From Gekko japonicus (Eukaryota): a DNA stretch of 64,000 bases. Each line of letters starts with the position of its first letter. Within the stretch, counting starts at the first letter, position 1. Shown here piece after piece: positions 11,402 to 25,277 of the stretch. The position numbers and the translations under genes are program-made. Under the pieces are notes generated by a model that saw only the letters and a program-made list of their open reading frames with translations, did not search any database and was not told the origin of the DNA. The stretch lies in the NCBI RefSeq assembly GCF_001447785.1, contig NW_015163647.1:198692-262691 (forward strand). The letters run 5' to 3'.

Positions 11402-14310
11402 GGACTCAAGCCGGGGCGCACCGCACGGAGGGGAGTCCCCGTCTCTGCTGGCCTCTGGACTCAACGGTCTCTTGTCCTTGGCACCCCGTGTGTGTGTGTG
11501 TGTGGGGTGTCCGGTTAGAATGCGGGTTGGTGAGGCTGGGCCTCTGGGCATGGACCAGTGGGGTGTGGGTGTCTGGCCCACTGTGGTCGAACCTGTTTGC
11601 CGGAGACAGACAGGCGAGCTTTGCGCAAAGGCGGGCAACCGTTTGTGGAGGTTCAGCCTGGGGGAAGGTGGGGGAGTAGCACAGGGGTGTCCTGGCCGAT
11701 GTTCCCTCTGTATTAAATGAGCCCCCGCTCCCCCGCATGGCTTAAAGGGACCACTGGTCCTGATGCTCCCTCTGAGCTGCGGGGTCTTGTGAGCCAAAAC
11801 TTCTACTTTGTGAGCTACGGGCATTGAAGTTGTGAGCAAGCGATTCGGCTGCTGCATAAATTAGTTGGCTGTGGAGCCCATCCTTCCTGAGCCAAGACAA
11901 AAAGTGTGTGAGCCAGAGGCTGAATAACTGTGGGCTAGCTCACACTAACTCAGCTTAGAGGGAACACCGGGCTCCCTCCTGGCCCTTCCGACCAGCATCC
12001 CCTGCACATGCTCACTCGCCCGCCGGCTCCCTCTGCTGCACCCAGCAAGGCAGGGCTTAGAATCCTCCTGTTCTTGTCCCATTCACGTTCAGTCCTAAAA
12101 GGTAGGCCTCCTTGGCTGGTTAGCACAAAAGCCTCTGCCTTTGGGGATAGGAGGCCTGGGGCTCAGTGCCCCACCTGGCCACGGACTGATGACTGGGGGA
12201 AGAAGAAGAAGAAGAAGAGATTGGCTGTATACCCCACCCTTCACTACCCAAGGGAGTCTCAGAGCGGCTCACAAACTCCTTCCCCTCCCCACCACAGGCA
12301 CCCTGTGAGGCAGGTGGGGCTGAGAGAGCTCTTGACAGAAACTGCCCTTTTTCAAGGACAGCTCTGACAGAACTACGGCTTGCCCAAGGCCATCCAGCCA
12401 TGTGCAAGTGGAGGAGGAGAGGGGAATCAAACCCAGTTCTCCTAGATTAGAGTCCGCGCGCTCCTAACCACGACACCAAACTGGCTGTCTGACCCTTCCG
12501 TGGCTGTCTGATGCCACAGGCGACATGCAAAGGCAGTGACCTCTGGCCCTATCCCAGCATGCTGTGCCTCCAGGGTGAGCTCCCGTGTGGGACTGGCTCT
12601 TTACCTTCTGATTCCCGCTCTAAAAGTGTTCTCCCTTAGTGTCTGGTGTCCCCGTGCTGGAGAATGAAGGCGCAGAATGGTTTGCCCTGTTGCTGGCGGG
12701 GGGTTTGCCCACTGGCTGTGCTTTTCACCTAAAGAACTCCCTGCCAACAGACTCATGGGGAGGGGGGGGGGTCCCATCAGCTGGAAGACCTGCAAGCCGC
12801 TCTTCTTCCCTTCCCCCCTCCACTGGGCACCTGCCTGGTAGTTTTTGTCCGGGCAGGAAGCTGCAGGAGGAAGTGTGAGCCTCTCCCACGGGATGACTCG
12901 TGCCCGGGGCATCCCGCCTGGCTGGTCCAGATTCCTGGCTTAGGACGTCCTTGCCACCCACACACCCACAGCAAGAATCTGGCTGCGCTGGCCTTTGCCA
13001 GCTCTTCTCAGTGTGCGGAGAATGTGATGGGTCGCAGTGCTCCCTCTAAGCTGTGGGGTCCTGTGAGCCGAAATTCCACTTTGTGAGCCACGGGCATTAA
13101 AGTCGTGAGTGAGCAATTTGGCTCCTGCATATACTAGTCTGCTCTGGAGCCCCACCCTTCCTGAGCGAAGGCAAAAATGTGTGAGCCGGAGGCTAAAAAA
13201 CTGTGAGCTGGCTCACACGAACTCAGCCGAGAGGGAACACCGGCCAGGCGGGAGAAAGGTGGGGTGGGTGGCCTCGGGGGCAAAGGGTCCCAGGGGATTA
13301 AATTGAGGGGGGGGCAGAGAGGCAGCTTGGGTGGTCAGGCGCAGAGGAGAAGACTGCTCCTCTGCCTCCAAGCAGTAGTTAGAAGGGGCCACGCTAGGCT
13401 CCGGTGTCCCAATGCAAAGGCCTGCAGCCTGGACCTGCCGACGGGCGGGCTGTGAAGGTACAAGAGCCCTCTAGGCCTCGTGATTGCCCCAGGAGGGCAT
13501 GTGGGGATTCTTCTGCCCACTCCCTGGCTAGGGGCTGTCTGCTGTGTTCCCCTTCCAGCCCGTCCCCTGCCTTGAGAGTTTGCAGAGATCTTTTCCCGCC
13601 TCTTCCAGGGAAGGATCAAAAAACCAAACAGGGAAATAACACAGTACAGAATAACCAAAACCCAAAATCAACTGTGTACAGAGATATCAGAAGTATTTGC
13701 AAAATACTTTATATATACAGTGTCAGACCAGTAATTACAACGATATTATGACAATTACAACTTCGAATAATATAAAACAATCAGGTCATGAAAACAGTCC
13801 AAAGTAATCCAAAATAAACAGAAGCGCTTCAGATAAAGACCGTTAGAAGAAGAAGAGATTGGATTTATATCCTGCCCTACACTGCCCTTCACAAAGGTGT
13901 CTCAGAGGGGCTTACAAATTCCTTTTCCCTTCCCCTCCCCACAACAGGCACCCTGTGAGGCGGGCGGGGCTGAGAGAGCTCTTGACACAAACTGCTCTTT
14001 TTCAAGGACAGCTCTTGTCAGAGCTACGGCTTGCCCAAGGTCATCCAGCCAGGTGCAAGTGGAGGAGGAGTGGGGGAATCAAACCTGGTTCTCCCGGATT
14101 AGAGTCTTAACCACGACACCATTAGAATGTAGACACTTTATCAGCCTGATGTCTTCAGGGATCAGTTCTCATCACACCTGTGTCATTAGATGTCGGTTCA
14201 AGGCTTGCTCACGCGTTGCCGGCTTTCTACTCGCGTTTTGCACAAAGCTTTTTCAAAAGCCAAGCCAACAGTCTCCCAGTTTTCTTTAGAATAACGCTTT
14301 CAGCGGGGGA

Positions 14311-17300
14311 CCTCCATCTCCCATGTCAACAATAAAGATAGAGAATATCTTAGACCAAATATTTTGCACCAGAGTTCTGCCCCTGTTGCAGGGCAGGGGT
14401 TAATCCCGCCTCAGCACAACCTATGCTGCTGCTAGTGAGGCCGCGCCTGCCCTGGCCACTGGGTGGCAGCACAAAACTTCCATAAAGGGCGTTCGTAAGA
14501 AAGAGGGAAGTGAAACCGCCTTCCCAGCTGCAGGGCTATAGGGGAGAAAGAGCGTCCCGTCTTCACGGAGAGCTGGCATTGGGAAGGAGGACTTCTTGGA
14601 GTGGCAAGGGCACCCGGTGGGTTAAGAAGCTGGCATGAGATGACGGGGGGGGCGGTCTGCTGCTGTCCTGGCGCTGCACCTGTTCTCTGCGGGGTGTCCG
14701 AAATACGAAACACGCATGCCCCCCCCCGTACGTGTTTGACTAGCACGGCTTTGGTCTGTTGGCCTTCCCGCTTGCACATCTTGGCTAGTGTTTTTTGACC
14801 TTTGTTGCCGGGAATATTCATGGGGACGGGGCGGGGGGGGTATCCGAGAGGCTGTAAGGCCCTGCATGTGGATGTGCATCGTCTTGTTGGTGGCAGAGGA
14901 ACTTCATGAGGTTTTGAATCTGAGTCCTTGCGGTAGAAACTTTTGTGAGCCAGCGTCCTCAGTCAGGACATGCTTCTGCATGGCTGCCAGTTGGCAAGAG
15001 TGATTTTTATATCCAGAGCTAAAAACAGGAGGAGGAGCAGGATATTCGACGAGTCTTGAAATTCCAGGGGAAAGTGCACATACAGCTGTGAGGCCGTCTA
15101 ATGCTAACCGGTTTCCATTTTTGATGCCTGTGGAGCAATGCTCTCTACCCAGGAATTCACCCTGGTATTTCAGTCGTTATGACTACATTCTGCATGTGCT
15201 CAGAAACCCAGCTGCAGTCTTGCTTATGCTAATGACTCTGGCCGAAACAAGACAGTGCCTTACCACCCCACACCCTGCAGGAAGGTGACACCCAGGGACA
15301 GAGAGGGAAATCGCCAAAGAGTTTGAATGTATTCTCTTCCCTTGTGGGATGAGAAGATCTGAGGCCTCTCCTAAGGTAGAATACAAATACTCAGGAGGAC
15401 ACAGAGGAGCACCTGTCTTCCATTTCCTCTTCAGTCCGGAGCGGCTCCTTGGATGGGCAGAGGCCATGTGGCAAGGGAGAAGGGGAGAAGTCCCAACAAT
15501 GAGAACTAAGGTAATGCTGAACTTTATTGCAGCTTCAAGCAAGACTACCCCGTCCTATGTAGACATCATTAGGATAAGTACCGAGTGTACGGAAAGGGGA
15601 CGGTTTGTTCTCACCTTTTCTTTGTATCCTTGCTCAGCCTAAATAAGTTGTATTCTTTTCATTAATTTATTAAACTTTCTTATATTTTGAATGCCGTAAG
15701 CCTGATCTTTGGAAACACTCCTGTGCCTGTTTGTTCTTGCTGTCTGAAGTGCAGTTAATGGGAGGGGCAGCAGGTGCGCTCACCACCACCCATGGAGCAC
15801 AACACCTCAAAACTGTGAAGCTGCAATGGGTTATCCCCACACTTGTTTGTCGGAGCAAAGCAGGAAGTGGGGTAACTGGACGGGATCTCTAGGATGCACC
15901 TCAGGTAGCAGGAGATACTCTTGGAAGAAGAGGAGGAGATTGGATTTATACCCCATGACCCTTCACTACCGAAGGGAGTCTCAGAGCAGCTTACAAACTC
16001 CTTTCCCTTCCCCACAACAGACACCCTGTCGGGTAGGTGGGGCTGAGAGAGCTCTTTCAGTGGGTGTTCCCGAGTTTGTTTTGGGCACCCCCGAGGAGCA
16101 TGGGAGAGTGGTGGCCCGGATGAGTGGAGACTCGGGATAGTAGTGCAGGGTTTTGACCTCCCCGGACTAACCCGAAGGAACATGGAGGGCTTGTGAGTTG
16201 TTTCCTTCACAATGTCCTCCATCTCCCATGTCAACAATAAAGATAGGGAATATTTTTGACCAAATATTTTGCACCAAAGTTCTGCCCCTGTTGCAGGGCA
16301 GGGGTTAATCCCGCCTCTGCACAACCTGTGCTGCTGCTAATGAGGCCGCGCCTGCCCTGACCACTGGGTGGCGGCACAAAACTTCCATAAAGGGCGTTCG
16401 TAAGAAAGAGGGAAGTGAAACCGCCTTCCCAGCTGCAGGGCTATAGGGGAGAAAGAGCGTCCCGTCTTCACGGAGAGCTGGCATTGGGAAGGAGGACTTC
16501 TTGGAGTGGCAAGGGCACCCGGTGGGTTAAGAAGCTGGCATGAGATGACGGGGGGGGCGGTCTGCTGCTGTCCTGGCGCTGCACCTGTTCTCTGCGGGGT
16601 GTCCGAAATACGAAACACGCATGCCCCCCCCCGTACGTGTTTGACTAGCACGGCTTTGGTCTGTTGGCCTTCCCGCTTGCACATCTTGGCTAGTGTTTTT
16701 TGACCTTTGTTGCCGGGAATATTCATGGGGACGGGGCGGGGGGGGTATCCGAGAGGCTGTAAGGCCCTGCATGTGGATGTGCATCGTCTTGTTGGTGGCA
16801 GAGGAACTTCATGAGGTTTTGAATCTGAGTCCTTGCGGTAGAAACTTTTGTGAGCCAGCGTCCTCAGTCAGGACATGCTTCTGCATGGCTGCCAGTTGGC
16901 AAGAGTGATTTTTATATCCAGAGCTAAAAACAGGAGGAGGAGCAGGATATTCGACGAGTCTTGAAATTCCAGGGGAAAGTGCACATACAGCTAATGCTAA
17001 CCTGTTTCCATTTTTTATGCCTGTGGAGCAATGCTCTCTACCCAGGAATTCACCCTGGTATTTCAGTCGTTATGACTACATTCTGCATGTGCTCAGAAAC
17101 CCAGCTGCAGTCTTGCTTATGCTAATGACTCTGGCCGAAACAAGACAGTGCCTTACCACCCCACACCCTGCAGGTAGGTGACACCCAGGGACAGAGAGGG
17201 AAATCGCCAAAGAGTTTGAATGTATTCTCTTCCCTTGTGGGATGAGAAGATCTGAGGCCTCTCCTAAGGTAGGATACAAATACTCAGGAGGACACAGAGA

Positions 17301-18142
17301 AGCACCTGTCTTCCATTTCCTCTTCAGTCCGGAGCGGCTCCTTGGATGGGCAGAGGCCATGTGGCAAGGGAGAAGGGGAGAAGTCCCAACAATGAGAACT
17401 AAGGGGTAATGCTGAACTTTATTGCAGCTTCAAGCAAGACTACCCCGTCCTATGTAGACATCATTAGGATAAGTACCGAGTGTACGGAAAGGGGACGGTT
17501 TGTTCTCACCTTTTCTTTGTATCCTTGCTCAGCCTAAATAAGTTGTATTCTTTTCATTAATTTATTAAACTTTCTTATATTTTGAATGCCGTAAGCCTGA
17601 TCTTTGGAAACACTCCTGTGCCTGTTTGTTCTTGCTGTCTGAAGTGCAGTTAATGGGAGGGGCAGCAGGTGCGCTCACCACCACCCATGGAGCACAACAC
17701 CTCAAAACTGTGAAGCTGCAATGGGTTATCCCCACACTTGTTTGTCGGAGCAAAGCAGGAAGTGGGGTAACTGGACGGGATCTCTAGGATGCACCTCAGG
17801 TAGCAGGAGATACTCTTGGAAGAAGAGGAGGAGATTGGATTTATACCCCATGACCCTTCACTACCGAAGGGAGTCTCAGAGCAGCTTACAAACTCCTTTC
17901 CCTTCCCCACTTACAGACTCCTTTCCCTTCCCCTCCCCACAACAGATAGCCTGTCGGGTAGGTGGGGCTGAGAGAGCTCTTTCAGTGGGTGTTCCCGAGT
18001 TTGTTTTGGGCACCCCCGAGGAGCATGGGAGAGTGGTGGCCCGGATGAGTGGAGACTCGGGATAGTAGTGCAGGGTTTTGACCTCCCCGGACTAACCCGA
18101 AGGAACATGGAGGGCTTGTGAGTTGTTTCCTTCACAATGTCC
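14311..18142. repeat. Tandem duplication, 1905-bp offset (14311-16215 and 16216-18142), slightly diverged
   Basis: Near-identical ORF pairs 14432/16337 and 14601/16506; copies differ by SNPs and small indels. Confidence 0.92.
14803..15804 (+). mobile_element. Candidate solo LTR (~1 kb); second copy 16708-17699
   Basis: TGTTG...CAACA termini, near-TSD CCTT/CCTC, TATA-like TTTTATAT at ~15005, ATTAAA at ~15669. Confidence 0.55.
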
Positions 18143-20159
18143 AGTTTGTGTCCATTTCTTTTCTGGACAGTCCATGCAAACACAATGGCAGAAGGGGACA
18201 GGATGGCGGGGGGGGGGAATGACGCCCTGGACAGCACAGGGTGGCTGATGCTGTTACGCCCTGTGGTGGCTTTCGGGGTGTGTGTGTGTGTGTTCCGGAT
18301 GGGCTGGCAAGTGGGTCTTTGGCAGGAGCTGCATTTGTATTTCTTGGGTGGCCTGTGGTTGCATAAAAGCACTTGTTTCAGGTTGGGGTGTGTGTGTTGT
18401 TTGTAAGTAAAGACTGGCAGACCCCTACCTCCAAGAGGGAAGGCTCATCTTCCAGGAGAGGTTGTAACTCACACAAGAGGTTTGAGCTGTGAGGTGTCAG
18501 TGACCGCTAGGGGCATTCCGATGCTCTCTTTGCAGGGCTTGTCCTGGGGGGGGGGAGGCTCCTGGGCACCGGTCTAGCCCAGTCAACCTGTGCCGTATTC
18601 GCGTCTCTCTGGGTGAATCTGGAGCTGCTGCAAGGCCGGCCTGTTCCCCAGGGCTTTGGGAAGCAGGCACCTTTCAAGAAGGGTGGGGGAGGGACTCGGG
18701 GCTTGTTTTTGGTTTTAGTTGGGGATGGTTTTAACTATTTTTGTAAGCCTCCTCCTCCAGTTTGGTGTCATGCTTAAGTGCGCGGACTCTAATCTGGGAG
18801 AACCGGGTTTGGTTCCCCACTCCTCCACGTGTACCTGGCTGGATGACCTTGGGCAAGCCATAGTTCTGACAAGAGCTGTTCTTGAAAAAGAGCGAAAAAA
18901 GCTCTCTCAGCCCCACCGACCTCACAGGGTGTCTGTTGTGGGGAAGGGAAGGGGAATGTAAGCCGCTCTGAGACTCCTTTGGGTAGTGGTGGGGTATAAA
19001 TCCAATCTCCTCTTCTTCTTCCTTGAACCAAGAGGAAAAGTTAAAGAATTATTTATTTATTTATTTTTCGCATTTATATCCTTCCCCTCCCATAAACAGG
19101 CTCAAGGCGGGTTACAACATTTCAGTAAATATAGCAAAATTTAAAAGACATAAACCTATAAAATCGATAATCTATAAAATCAATAACCACAGCTTGCCGT
19201 AGGGAGAAAACCGGCCCATTGATGTAGATAAGTATGGCCGGTTATGGGAGACGGCAGATATGAGAGGTATCCCTCCTCTCCCGTGCCCCTCCGTCCAGCA
19301 TCCGTCCCATTGCAAGGGGGCAGTTGGGTTAAGGGCAGGGGGGCAGCCCATCTTGAGAGCCTGCATAAGGGTGGTGGTGGGGAGACACAATCTGGAACAA
19401 GCCTGCAGGGCTCTGGCTGAGGTAGGGTTGGGAAGGGGGGGGGTAACACGCGTGATTGTGAGGACCTGACTTGAGCTGAGCTTTCTAGATGGGCAAATTT
19501 TCTCCACGGCTGGATGTGCGCTTTTTGGTGGGAGCCTGCGACTCAAGGGGTGAGCTAGTTCGGTGTCGTGGTGAAGTGCGCGGACTCTAATCTGGGAGAA
19601 CCGGGCTCGATTCCCCACTCCTCCTCCACTCGCACCTGGCTGGATGACCTTGAGCAAGCCATCGTTCTGTCAAGAGCTGTCCTTGAAAAAGAGCAGTTTC
19701 TGTCAAGAGCTCTCTCAGCCCCACTGACCTCACAGGGTGTCTGTCTGTTGTGGGGAGGGGGAGGGAAAGGAGATTGGAAGCCGCTCTGGGACTCCCTTGG
19801 GCAGTGAAGGGCGGNNNNNNNNNNNNNGGGGTAATAAATCCAATCTCCTCCTCTTCTGCCTGCCTGCCACAAGAGGGCGCAGCTGGGCCTACACTGGATC
19901 TTCCATCAAGTCAGGCAATAAGCAGAGGAGGGATTCCCCCCCCCCCAAAGCAGAGCGGGAAATCCAGCCAGGGCTTGTGAGAGGGGGGGTCCTTAAGGGA
20001 TCGTGATTCGTGCTGGTTGTGGGGGGCAGAGCTGGAGCAGGGCTGGTGGGTGTCAGTTCCCCCCCCGCCCCCAGAGCTTTTTGTGGGGAAAAGGCTCTCT
20101 GCATTTGGAAGGAGACAGAACCCATTTGGAGAATAAGAACTCGCCACCTTTAGGACTCT

Positions 20160-20903
20160 GAAGAAACACCACCAAAAGAAGAAATCATTTACAAATTATT
20201 AGAAACGGCTGAGATGGACAAATTAACTTTGTTATTACAAGGCAAAAGAGAAGATACTTTCGAGAAAACATGGTCAAGACTTTATAAATGGATTGAGAGC
20301 TATCTTAAGTGACTCATACTATAATAACCACTAGAAAACACAATATAAACTGTAGTTATTATAAAAGGTAAAGGCTTCCCTTGCTCAAAAGCCAGTCGAG
20401 TCCGACTCTAGGGTTGCGGTGCTCCTCTCCGTTTCAAAGCCGAAGAGCCAGCGCTGTCCGAAGACGTTTCCGTGGTCATGTGGCCAGCATGACTAAACAC
20501 CAAGGCGCACAGAACGCTGTTACCTTCCCACCAAAGTGGTACCTATTTGTCTACTTGCAATTTCTTGCTTTCAAACTGCTAGGTTGGCAGGAGCTGGAAC
20601 CAGAGACGAGAGCTCACTCCACCATGCCGCAACTCGGGTCTCGAACTGCTGAACTACTGACATTCCACAGCCTGCAGTTCAGCGTCTTAACCACGTGAGC
20701 CACCGCAGCTCCTTATAGTTATTATATGTGCATGCATAAAGTGATAGAGTAGGTGGAAAAAGAAATGATTGCTGTATAAAGAGAAAAGTTTAAACACAAC
20801 CAATGGAAAGTGCTCCAGATTAATGTTCGGTTCGTTTTTTGGGGGTGTTTTTGTTATGTTTGTGTTATGTGTTGAAAAATAATAATAATTACTTTAAAAA
20901 AAA
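20160..20903 (+). mobile_element. L1-type LINE 3' end
   Basis: AEMDKLTLLLQGKREDTFEKTWSRLYKWIE resembles an L1 ORF2 C-terminus; AT-rich 3'UTR and A-rich tail. Confidence 0.6.
20364..20712 (-). mobile_element. Sauria SINE inserted in an L1 3' fragment
   Basis: Characteristic AAAGGTAAAGG...GGTCATGTGGCCAGCATGACTA...TTACCTTCCCACC; TSD TAGTTATTATA; second fragment at ~1425-1545 (+). Confidence 0.8.
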
Positions 20904-23900
20904 GTAATGGGGAGAAAAGGGAGCGGGGGGGGGAATCATTATGTTAACTTAGAACCACGACATTCTTTGAAACAAAAAGATCCAAGCACCACCACCCCCT
21001 TCCCAACTCTGACCATTCAAGGCTCTCCCTCCCGCACACATCAACATCACCCTGACTCAGGGGAGGGTATCTGGACACCCCACTCCCCAACCATGTCTGT
21101 GGGCAGGTCTTGGCTTCAAGCGGGACTTAGGGAGGGAACGGGAGTTTTAAAAAAAACCCACACATTTGAATTTCTAAGTGTCTGTTGCAGGCATTTGATG
21201 CCAGTTCGTGGTGACTATAGACACCCCTGGGCTTGGCGAGGGGACTCTGGGAGAGGGCCACTGGTGAAGAATCCCTAATTCCTCCCCCCCCCTCATTTCC
21301 TTGAAGCCCCACCTGACTCTGTGGCTGTTCCATCTCACAAGAAGAGAGAAGAGATTGGATTTATACCCCACCCTTCACTCAGTCTCAGAGGGGCTTACAA
21401 ACTCCTTTCCCTTCCCCTCCCCACAACAGACACCCTGTGAGGGAGGCGGGGCTGAGAGAGCTCTTTTGGGAACTGGTCCTTTTCAAGGACAGCTCTGAGG
21501 GAAATGTGGCTTGCCCAAGGTCATCCAGCAGCTGCAAGTGGAGGAGGAGTGGGGAATCAGACCAGTTCACCCAGATTAGAGTCCGCGCACTTCACCACCA
21601 CACCAAACTGGCTCTTTTGTCCACGCACTTAACCCACCCCCCGACAAGGGGGGTGGGCTGCAGCCCTGTGGCTAAAGGAACGTGTCTTGTCCCTCCAGAG
21701 TCTTCACCGAGGCAGCATTCATGATGCAGTGATGGAGGAACCGGCTCTTGGCAAAGCTTTCCTTGGTGTGGTCTCTGCCGGCGCCGGTGCAAGAGATCAG
21801 GGAGCTGGGCTGGCAACACACACACCCCGGTCATCCTGGCTCTGACCTGCCCGCTTCTTGTCCTGGGTGCTCTTTGACCGGCGTGGAAATGGAGTGGGCC
21901 TGCCCCTTCTGACCAAGGCTCCCGCTAAGCTGTGGAGAGTCCTGTGAGCAAAACTTCTATCTTGTGAGTTACTGGCATTAAAGTTGTGAGCGGGCGATTG
22001 GGCCGCTGCATGAATTTAGTTTGCTCTTCCTGAGCGGAGACATAAATGTGTGAGCCGGGGGCTAAAAAACTGTGAGCTGGCTCACACCAACTCAGCTTAG
22101 AGGGAACACTGCGTCCTGACTCCAGCCCCCCTCCACAGCCAGTGATGGCAAAGGGGGGGGGGTTTGCCCTGACAGTGGCCCGTGGTGCACTCGGCCGCAG
22201 AAGCCTCGGTGGGGGGGGGGGCGCCTGCTGGCTGGTGGGCGTGGCTCCGGCTCCATCCACTCCTCACAGCAAGGAAGCCAGCGCTCTGGTGCGGATATCC
22301 GGCCCTGTTTATCCTGCTGCAGCGGCAGCCTCCTGGTGGCTGACCTCTTGCCATGGAAAGGGGGAGGGAGGGGGGACACGGGAGGGTTCTCCCACAGATC
22401 CAGGGAGCTTTGATTCCCAGGTCTATCTCTGGAACCAGCTTCCTTGCCGCCCTGGCACAAGAGCCCCACGGCCCCCGGCTCTCTTCTTTGCTGTTGACCA
22501 GAACGATTCCCCCACTGCTGACTCTTGGAATGGGTGTAAGTGTATGTGTGTGCGCGCGTGCGTGCATGCACAGCCTCCATCGGTGCAGCTGAAGCGTGTG
22601 ATGGCCGGCATCCAGGGAAATACCGTTCGTTCGTCTCCGAGAGAGATGCATCACCACCACCACACCCTGCAAGTCTTCCTGGGAAAGAGGGAGATAACGG
22701 TCCTCCTATCTCCATCCTTCCCTTTGCGTGCCAGTTCCAGGAGAGGAATCCCCAGTTTCTGCTCCCAGTGACTGGCAATTTGTGTGAACTTGATCAGAGA
22801 GAAGCCAGGGCAGCCAGTGTTCCCTCTCAGCTGAGTGAGTGTGAGCCAGCTCACAGTTCTTTAGCCTCCGGCTCACACATTTTGTGTGTTAGCTCAGGAA
22901 GGGATGGCTCCAGAGCAAACTAATGCATGCAGCAGCTAAATCGCTCGCTCACACCTTCAATGCCAGTGGCTCACAGAGTAGAATTTTCGCTCACGGGACT
23001 CCGCAGCTCAGAGGGAGCCTTGGCACCCTGGCTTTTCATGTCACGAGGCACTTCCCCCCACCCTTTTAAATGGGTTGTAATCCTTGGGTTTGGGTTCCTT
23101 TGATTGTCCCGGATGCAGGAGGGTTTTGTTGTTGTTCAGCCGCACAGTCGAGTCCGACTCTTTGCGACCCCACAGACCACATCACGCCAGGCCCTCCTGT
23201 CTTCCGTCATGCTCCAGAGTTTGCTTAGTTTCATGTTCGAAACATAAGGAGGGTTTTACATGAGATGATAAACGCCCCGCTGGATCTGACCCGTGGTCCG
23301 TCTAGCCCAGCATCCTCTTTCACACCGTGGCCGGCCCGTGGTCCTGGAGCAAGGGGCGCCCCAACCTTTTTGAGCCTGTGAGCACTTTTGGGATCCGGAC
23401 CCAGGTCGGTGGCCACAGCCGCAAAAGGGCTGCCAGAAAACGACAGCTGCAGGAGGCAGAACCAGCCACAGCTCACCTAAGCTTACTGCAGGAGAGGATG
23501 ACAACTCAGTGCAGAATTCTGAAACTCTGGAAATCTGCTCAGGGAGTCAAGTGGCCGGCAAAATCTCAGCAGCTGGTGCTCTCTGAAGGTGAAAACCCTC
23601 TAGGGCTGTAGGAGAACCAGAAACGAATACATTTTAAATTAAATGACAGTGTGTGCCACTAGTCCTCATGGAAACGGTGTACCTGTTGGGCTTGTCCAGT
23701 GCTGTACTTGGCAACTCCCTATCCCTCAGACTTCACCTTGTGGGTTCCACATTTTCAGGGTGCTGAGGAGCGTCCCCCGAGCAAGGGGCTGCTCTGATGG
23801 AGTGCGGCTCCAGGGCGCCTGCACTGCCCCTACCAGCATTTGGCTAAGCCACACAGCACAAGGAAGAAGAAGAAGAGAAGAGATTGGATTTATACCCCAT

Positions 23901-24359
23901 GGCCCTTCACTACCCAAAGGTGTCTCAGAGTGGCTTACAAACTCCTTTCTCTTCCCCTCCCCACAACAGACACCCCGTGAGGGAGGTGGGGCTGAGAAAG
24001 CTCTTGACAGAAACTGCTCTTTTTCGAGGACAGCTCTTATCAGAAGTACGGCTTGCCCGAGGTCATCCAGCCAGGTGCAAGTGGAGGAGGAGTGGGGAAT
24101 CACACCCGGCTCTCCCAGATTAGAGTCCGCGCACTCAACCACTACACTAAACTGGCTACATCCCTGTGGCTAGTGGCCTCCTGGCAGCTCCATCTCTTTG
24201 GTGTCAAAACATCCCCTGAAAGGCTGGAGAGCTCCCCTCTCTGAGGAACACACACGTCTCTGGTTGGGGGCCATGAGGCCAAGGCCCCAGGGGGTGGGGT
24301 GGAGGTTTGGACATACTCAGAGCTTTGGGTATCTTTTGTTGAACTTGGTCTTAGCGCCA

Positions 24360-24747
24360 AAGAATAGATGCATTTGAACTGTGGTGCCGGAGAAGACTCT
24401 TGAGAGTCCCTTGGATTGTAAGGAGATCAAATCAGTCCATCCTAAAGGAAATCAACCCTGACTGTTCCCTGGAAGGCCAGAGACTGAAGCTGAAGCTCAA
24501 ATACTTTGGTCACCACCCTATGAGAAGGGAGCACTCACTGGAGAAGAAGACCCTGATGCTGGGAAAGACTGAAGGTCAAAGAAGACGGGGACGGCAAAGG
24601 ATGAGATGGTCAGACAGTGTCACCAATGCAACAAACATGAAATTGAGCAAACTCTGGAGGATGGCGGAAGACAGGAGGGCCTGGCGTGATGCGGTCCACG
24701 GGGTCGCAAAGAGTTGGACTCGACTGTGTGACTGAACAACAACAAAA
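24360..24747 (+). mobile_element. RTE-BovB LINE 3' fragment
   Basis: RRSNQSILKEINPDCSLEGQRLKLKLKYFGH...LMLGKTEGQRRRGRQRMRW; (CAA)n tail; shorter minus-strand piece at ~23125-23240. Confidence 0.88.
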
Positions 24748-25277
24748 ATCAAATTTACTTCTGTCCCTCCACTTCCCCCAAAAGAAGCCCAAAGATGATA
24801 AACCCGTCCCATACAAAAAGAAGCCCAAAGACGATAAACCCATCCCATACGAACAGCCACAAGAGATCAGCCATCAGATTTCAGCAGCGCAACTGAGAAT
24901 AAAAAGCAACAGCTCTGTCCGTCAGGGTGTGGCACCACCACGAGCCCCAGCCACGCTGGCCCAGGAGCCGTGGAGCCACCCAGCGTCTCTGGCTGCCCTT
25001 GTGGTCAGGCCACTATGGAGAGGAGGTGCCACTCACCCCGTCTCTCTTGGGGAGGGCACCCTGCACAGACATCGGAGGACACGCGGGACTCTGTGGGAAG
25101 AGGGCCGGCAGGGGGGGCCGGGGGGGGCGGGGGGGGGAGGCCGTGTGAGCAGCCTGAGCCAGGGCTCTGAGTGGAGTGGCTGTCCCCCCGTTCCCCCCTC
25201 CCCCCAAGTCTGATTCCTCAGTGAGGAATTCTGCTTCTCTCTGCAGGATGAGCCGCTGCCATGTCCAGACAAACAAC

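Noticed and set aside
10445-11679. 318-aa and 373-aa ORFs as separate genes
   Set aside because: They are the two frames of SERTAD1 created by the 154-bp duplication
11712-11717. ATTAAA as the SERTAD1 polyA signal
   Set aside because: Plausible, but it lies beside repeat-like sequence with no clear downstream element; not supportable
14803-17699. LTR-internal-LTR retroelement (TRIM-like)
   Set aside because: Sequence on both sides of the putative LTR is duplicated too, so this is a tandem duplication of a solo LTR, not a paired element
24360-24747. BovB as a novel horizontal transfer
   Set aside because: BovB is already well known in squamates; this is an ordinary truncated copy
24779-24850. 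36-bp duplicate encoding KKPKDDKP(V/I)PY twice
   Set aside because: Short local duplication next to a BovB tail with no splice or homology support
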